A stretch of DNA of 64,000 bases, taken from positions 15,006,001 to 15,070,000 of the forward strand of contig CM119372.1 of the NCBI GenBank assembly GCA_051294905.1, given 5' to 3'. Of this stretch, positions 62,420 to 64,000 are shown piece after piece. Under the pieces are notes generated by a model. The model did no database searches, was not told the origin of the DNA, and saw only the letters and a program-made list of their open reading frames with translations. This DNA is from Botryllus schlosseri (taxonomy: Eukaryota). Position 1 is the first letter of the stretch; the number at the start of each line of letters is the position of its first letter. The translations under genes were made by a program, and so were the position numbers.

Positions 62420-63351
62420 CGGGGGTCACCATCACGCGGCCCGCCAAGTCATACTCGGCGGCCCGCGGCCTGATTTGAGATTTCGGAAGAAAGCTAAGAA
62501 ATCCAATTTGAAATGCTGAAATTGACCACAGTTTCCACATGTTGTTGTTGTTGTTCAAAACAAGCTATTCTCCTGTGCGCAACATCACTATTCGTCACTA
62601 GCTAAAACGGCTGTGGTGATGGCAACAGCATATTGACTTGACTTGCAATGACCCAAACACTGCCTAAACCGAGATGCTTAGAAATGGCTTAGGGCAGTGG
62701 TTCCCAAACTGGGGAGCGCGAAAGCATCTGTAGGGGAGGCGGAGATGCGCTCAACTGAAAATATTTTCGCGCTCCTCGCGATTTACTTGAGATTCATAGT
62801 TATTGCTCCGTGTATAGTCCGGAATTCATCTTATAGAATTCTCTAATCAACAGTCATAACCTTCCACGCCATCAAACTACCTGTTGGGATTGCTAGCATT
62901 CTGGTTGCATTGAGTGATATGACGATTTTTCAGTATCATAAAGGGGGGCGTTTTCAAAAAAGCTTAAGAACGACTGGCTTAGGGCTTCTCCACAAGATCA
63001 AGCTTTACGTGGAGATGATTTTTCAGCTAGTAACGTATCTCGCTGGTCCCAATATATCGATTCCTTAGTCGCTGAAAAGCGTTTCTGGGTGTCGTACACA
63101 GCTCGCAGTTCAAAATAAAACAAAATTGATGAAAATGGTGTTTTGTTGTACTTGGATTGCTTTAATAAAATATTATTTCTTTTGTGGTCAATATGTCCAT
63201 CGCCTATGTTAGGTATCTCACGGTTGTACTGAAGCAGAGTTCTAGAACGTGCATGGGTGCCTATTTGACATCGATATCGAATTCGTGCGGCCCGCGGCCA
63301 TTACAAAATTTGAAAAGTGGCCCGCGACCAGTTTTGAGTTGGCGACCCCTG
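62420..63351. mobile_element. Charlie-like hAT element with CGGCCCGC motifs
   Basis: Ends cgggggtcacca / tggcgacccctg; TSD gttttcgg/gtttacgg. Confidence 0.7.
62695..62976. mobile_element. Nested Charlie/Buster-like MITE
   Basis: cagtggttc / gaacgactg ends; perfect TSD gcttaggg. Confidence 0.85.
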
Positions 63352-64000
63352 GTTTACGGCATACTCCTGATAACTATAAGCTATTGATCATGTCATTACC
63401 AAAGTCAAATTGAAACAGCTATATATAAATTTACCTTCGAATATTGGAACAGGACATAGGAATAGAAATGTCCAATCGCCGAAGAATCCATTGGTGTTAG
63501 AGCTGTGGAGCGTATACCTCTACCTTACTCGCCATCTTTGATTGGCGATAATAACATGGATGAAGAGACCCAAGATGACGCAGTATGTAACTAACTATAC
63601 AACAGGGGGAAACAGAATGCCTATGATTGCCATACCGGCCTGCTTAGCTACCTAAATATGCTACGCAACGCAAGCTACGACCTTTTTATATATTTCTATT
63701 CCCCATTACAGTCTGATAGTTTGTTGCATCCGTGGTTGTATAGCAAGTCACTGCGTTCCGAGTCACAAGTCTTTATTTGATCGTAACGTTTGACCCGACT
63801 GAACTCGAGTAATTTTAATTTTATCACCCATTCGGTCCGAGTTCAAATAGGCTAATTCTACAAAAGGTCCAAATCACAATTTTCAATCCCAAATCATCAG
63901 TAGGTCAAGTTTTACCATCATAAACAGGTAATGTGACGTAATAGCTGACCTTCCACTGCAGGCTAACTTTTCAAAGTGATATGATAGTGACGTTTAATGA

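Overview
Repeat-dense eukaryotic (probably invertebrate metazoan) genomic DNA with no prokaryotic operon, rRNA or CRISPR signal. It contains: (1) a near-identical 10,499-bp tandem duplication (22535-33033 / 33034-43532) whose junction lies at the end of a hAT-type insertion; (2) a full-length but disabled Mag-like Ty3/Gypsy element (41965-47977) and its duplicated 5' part; (3) a Penelope-like element (RT plus GIY-YIG) with an inverted 5' end and a candidate hammerhead ribozyme; (4) BEL/Pao, RTE and L2/Crack LINE remnants, plus a tRNA-headed SINE sharing the LINE tail; (5) at least ten non-autonomous hAT-type families with TIRs and 8-bp TSDs, often deeply nested, many with a family-specific subterminal micro-repeat; (6) a 133-bp satellite with dimer/trimer higher-order structure, whose unexpanded ancestral sequence also survives in the window; (7) candidate host genes on the minus strand built from micro-exons, including a tandemly repeated two-micro-exon cassette, which the ORF track misses. 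Family assignments come from motif recognition by eye and were not confirmed by database search.
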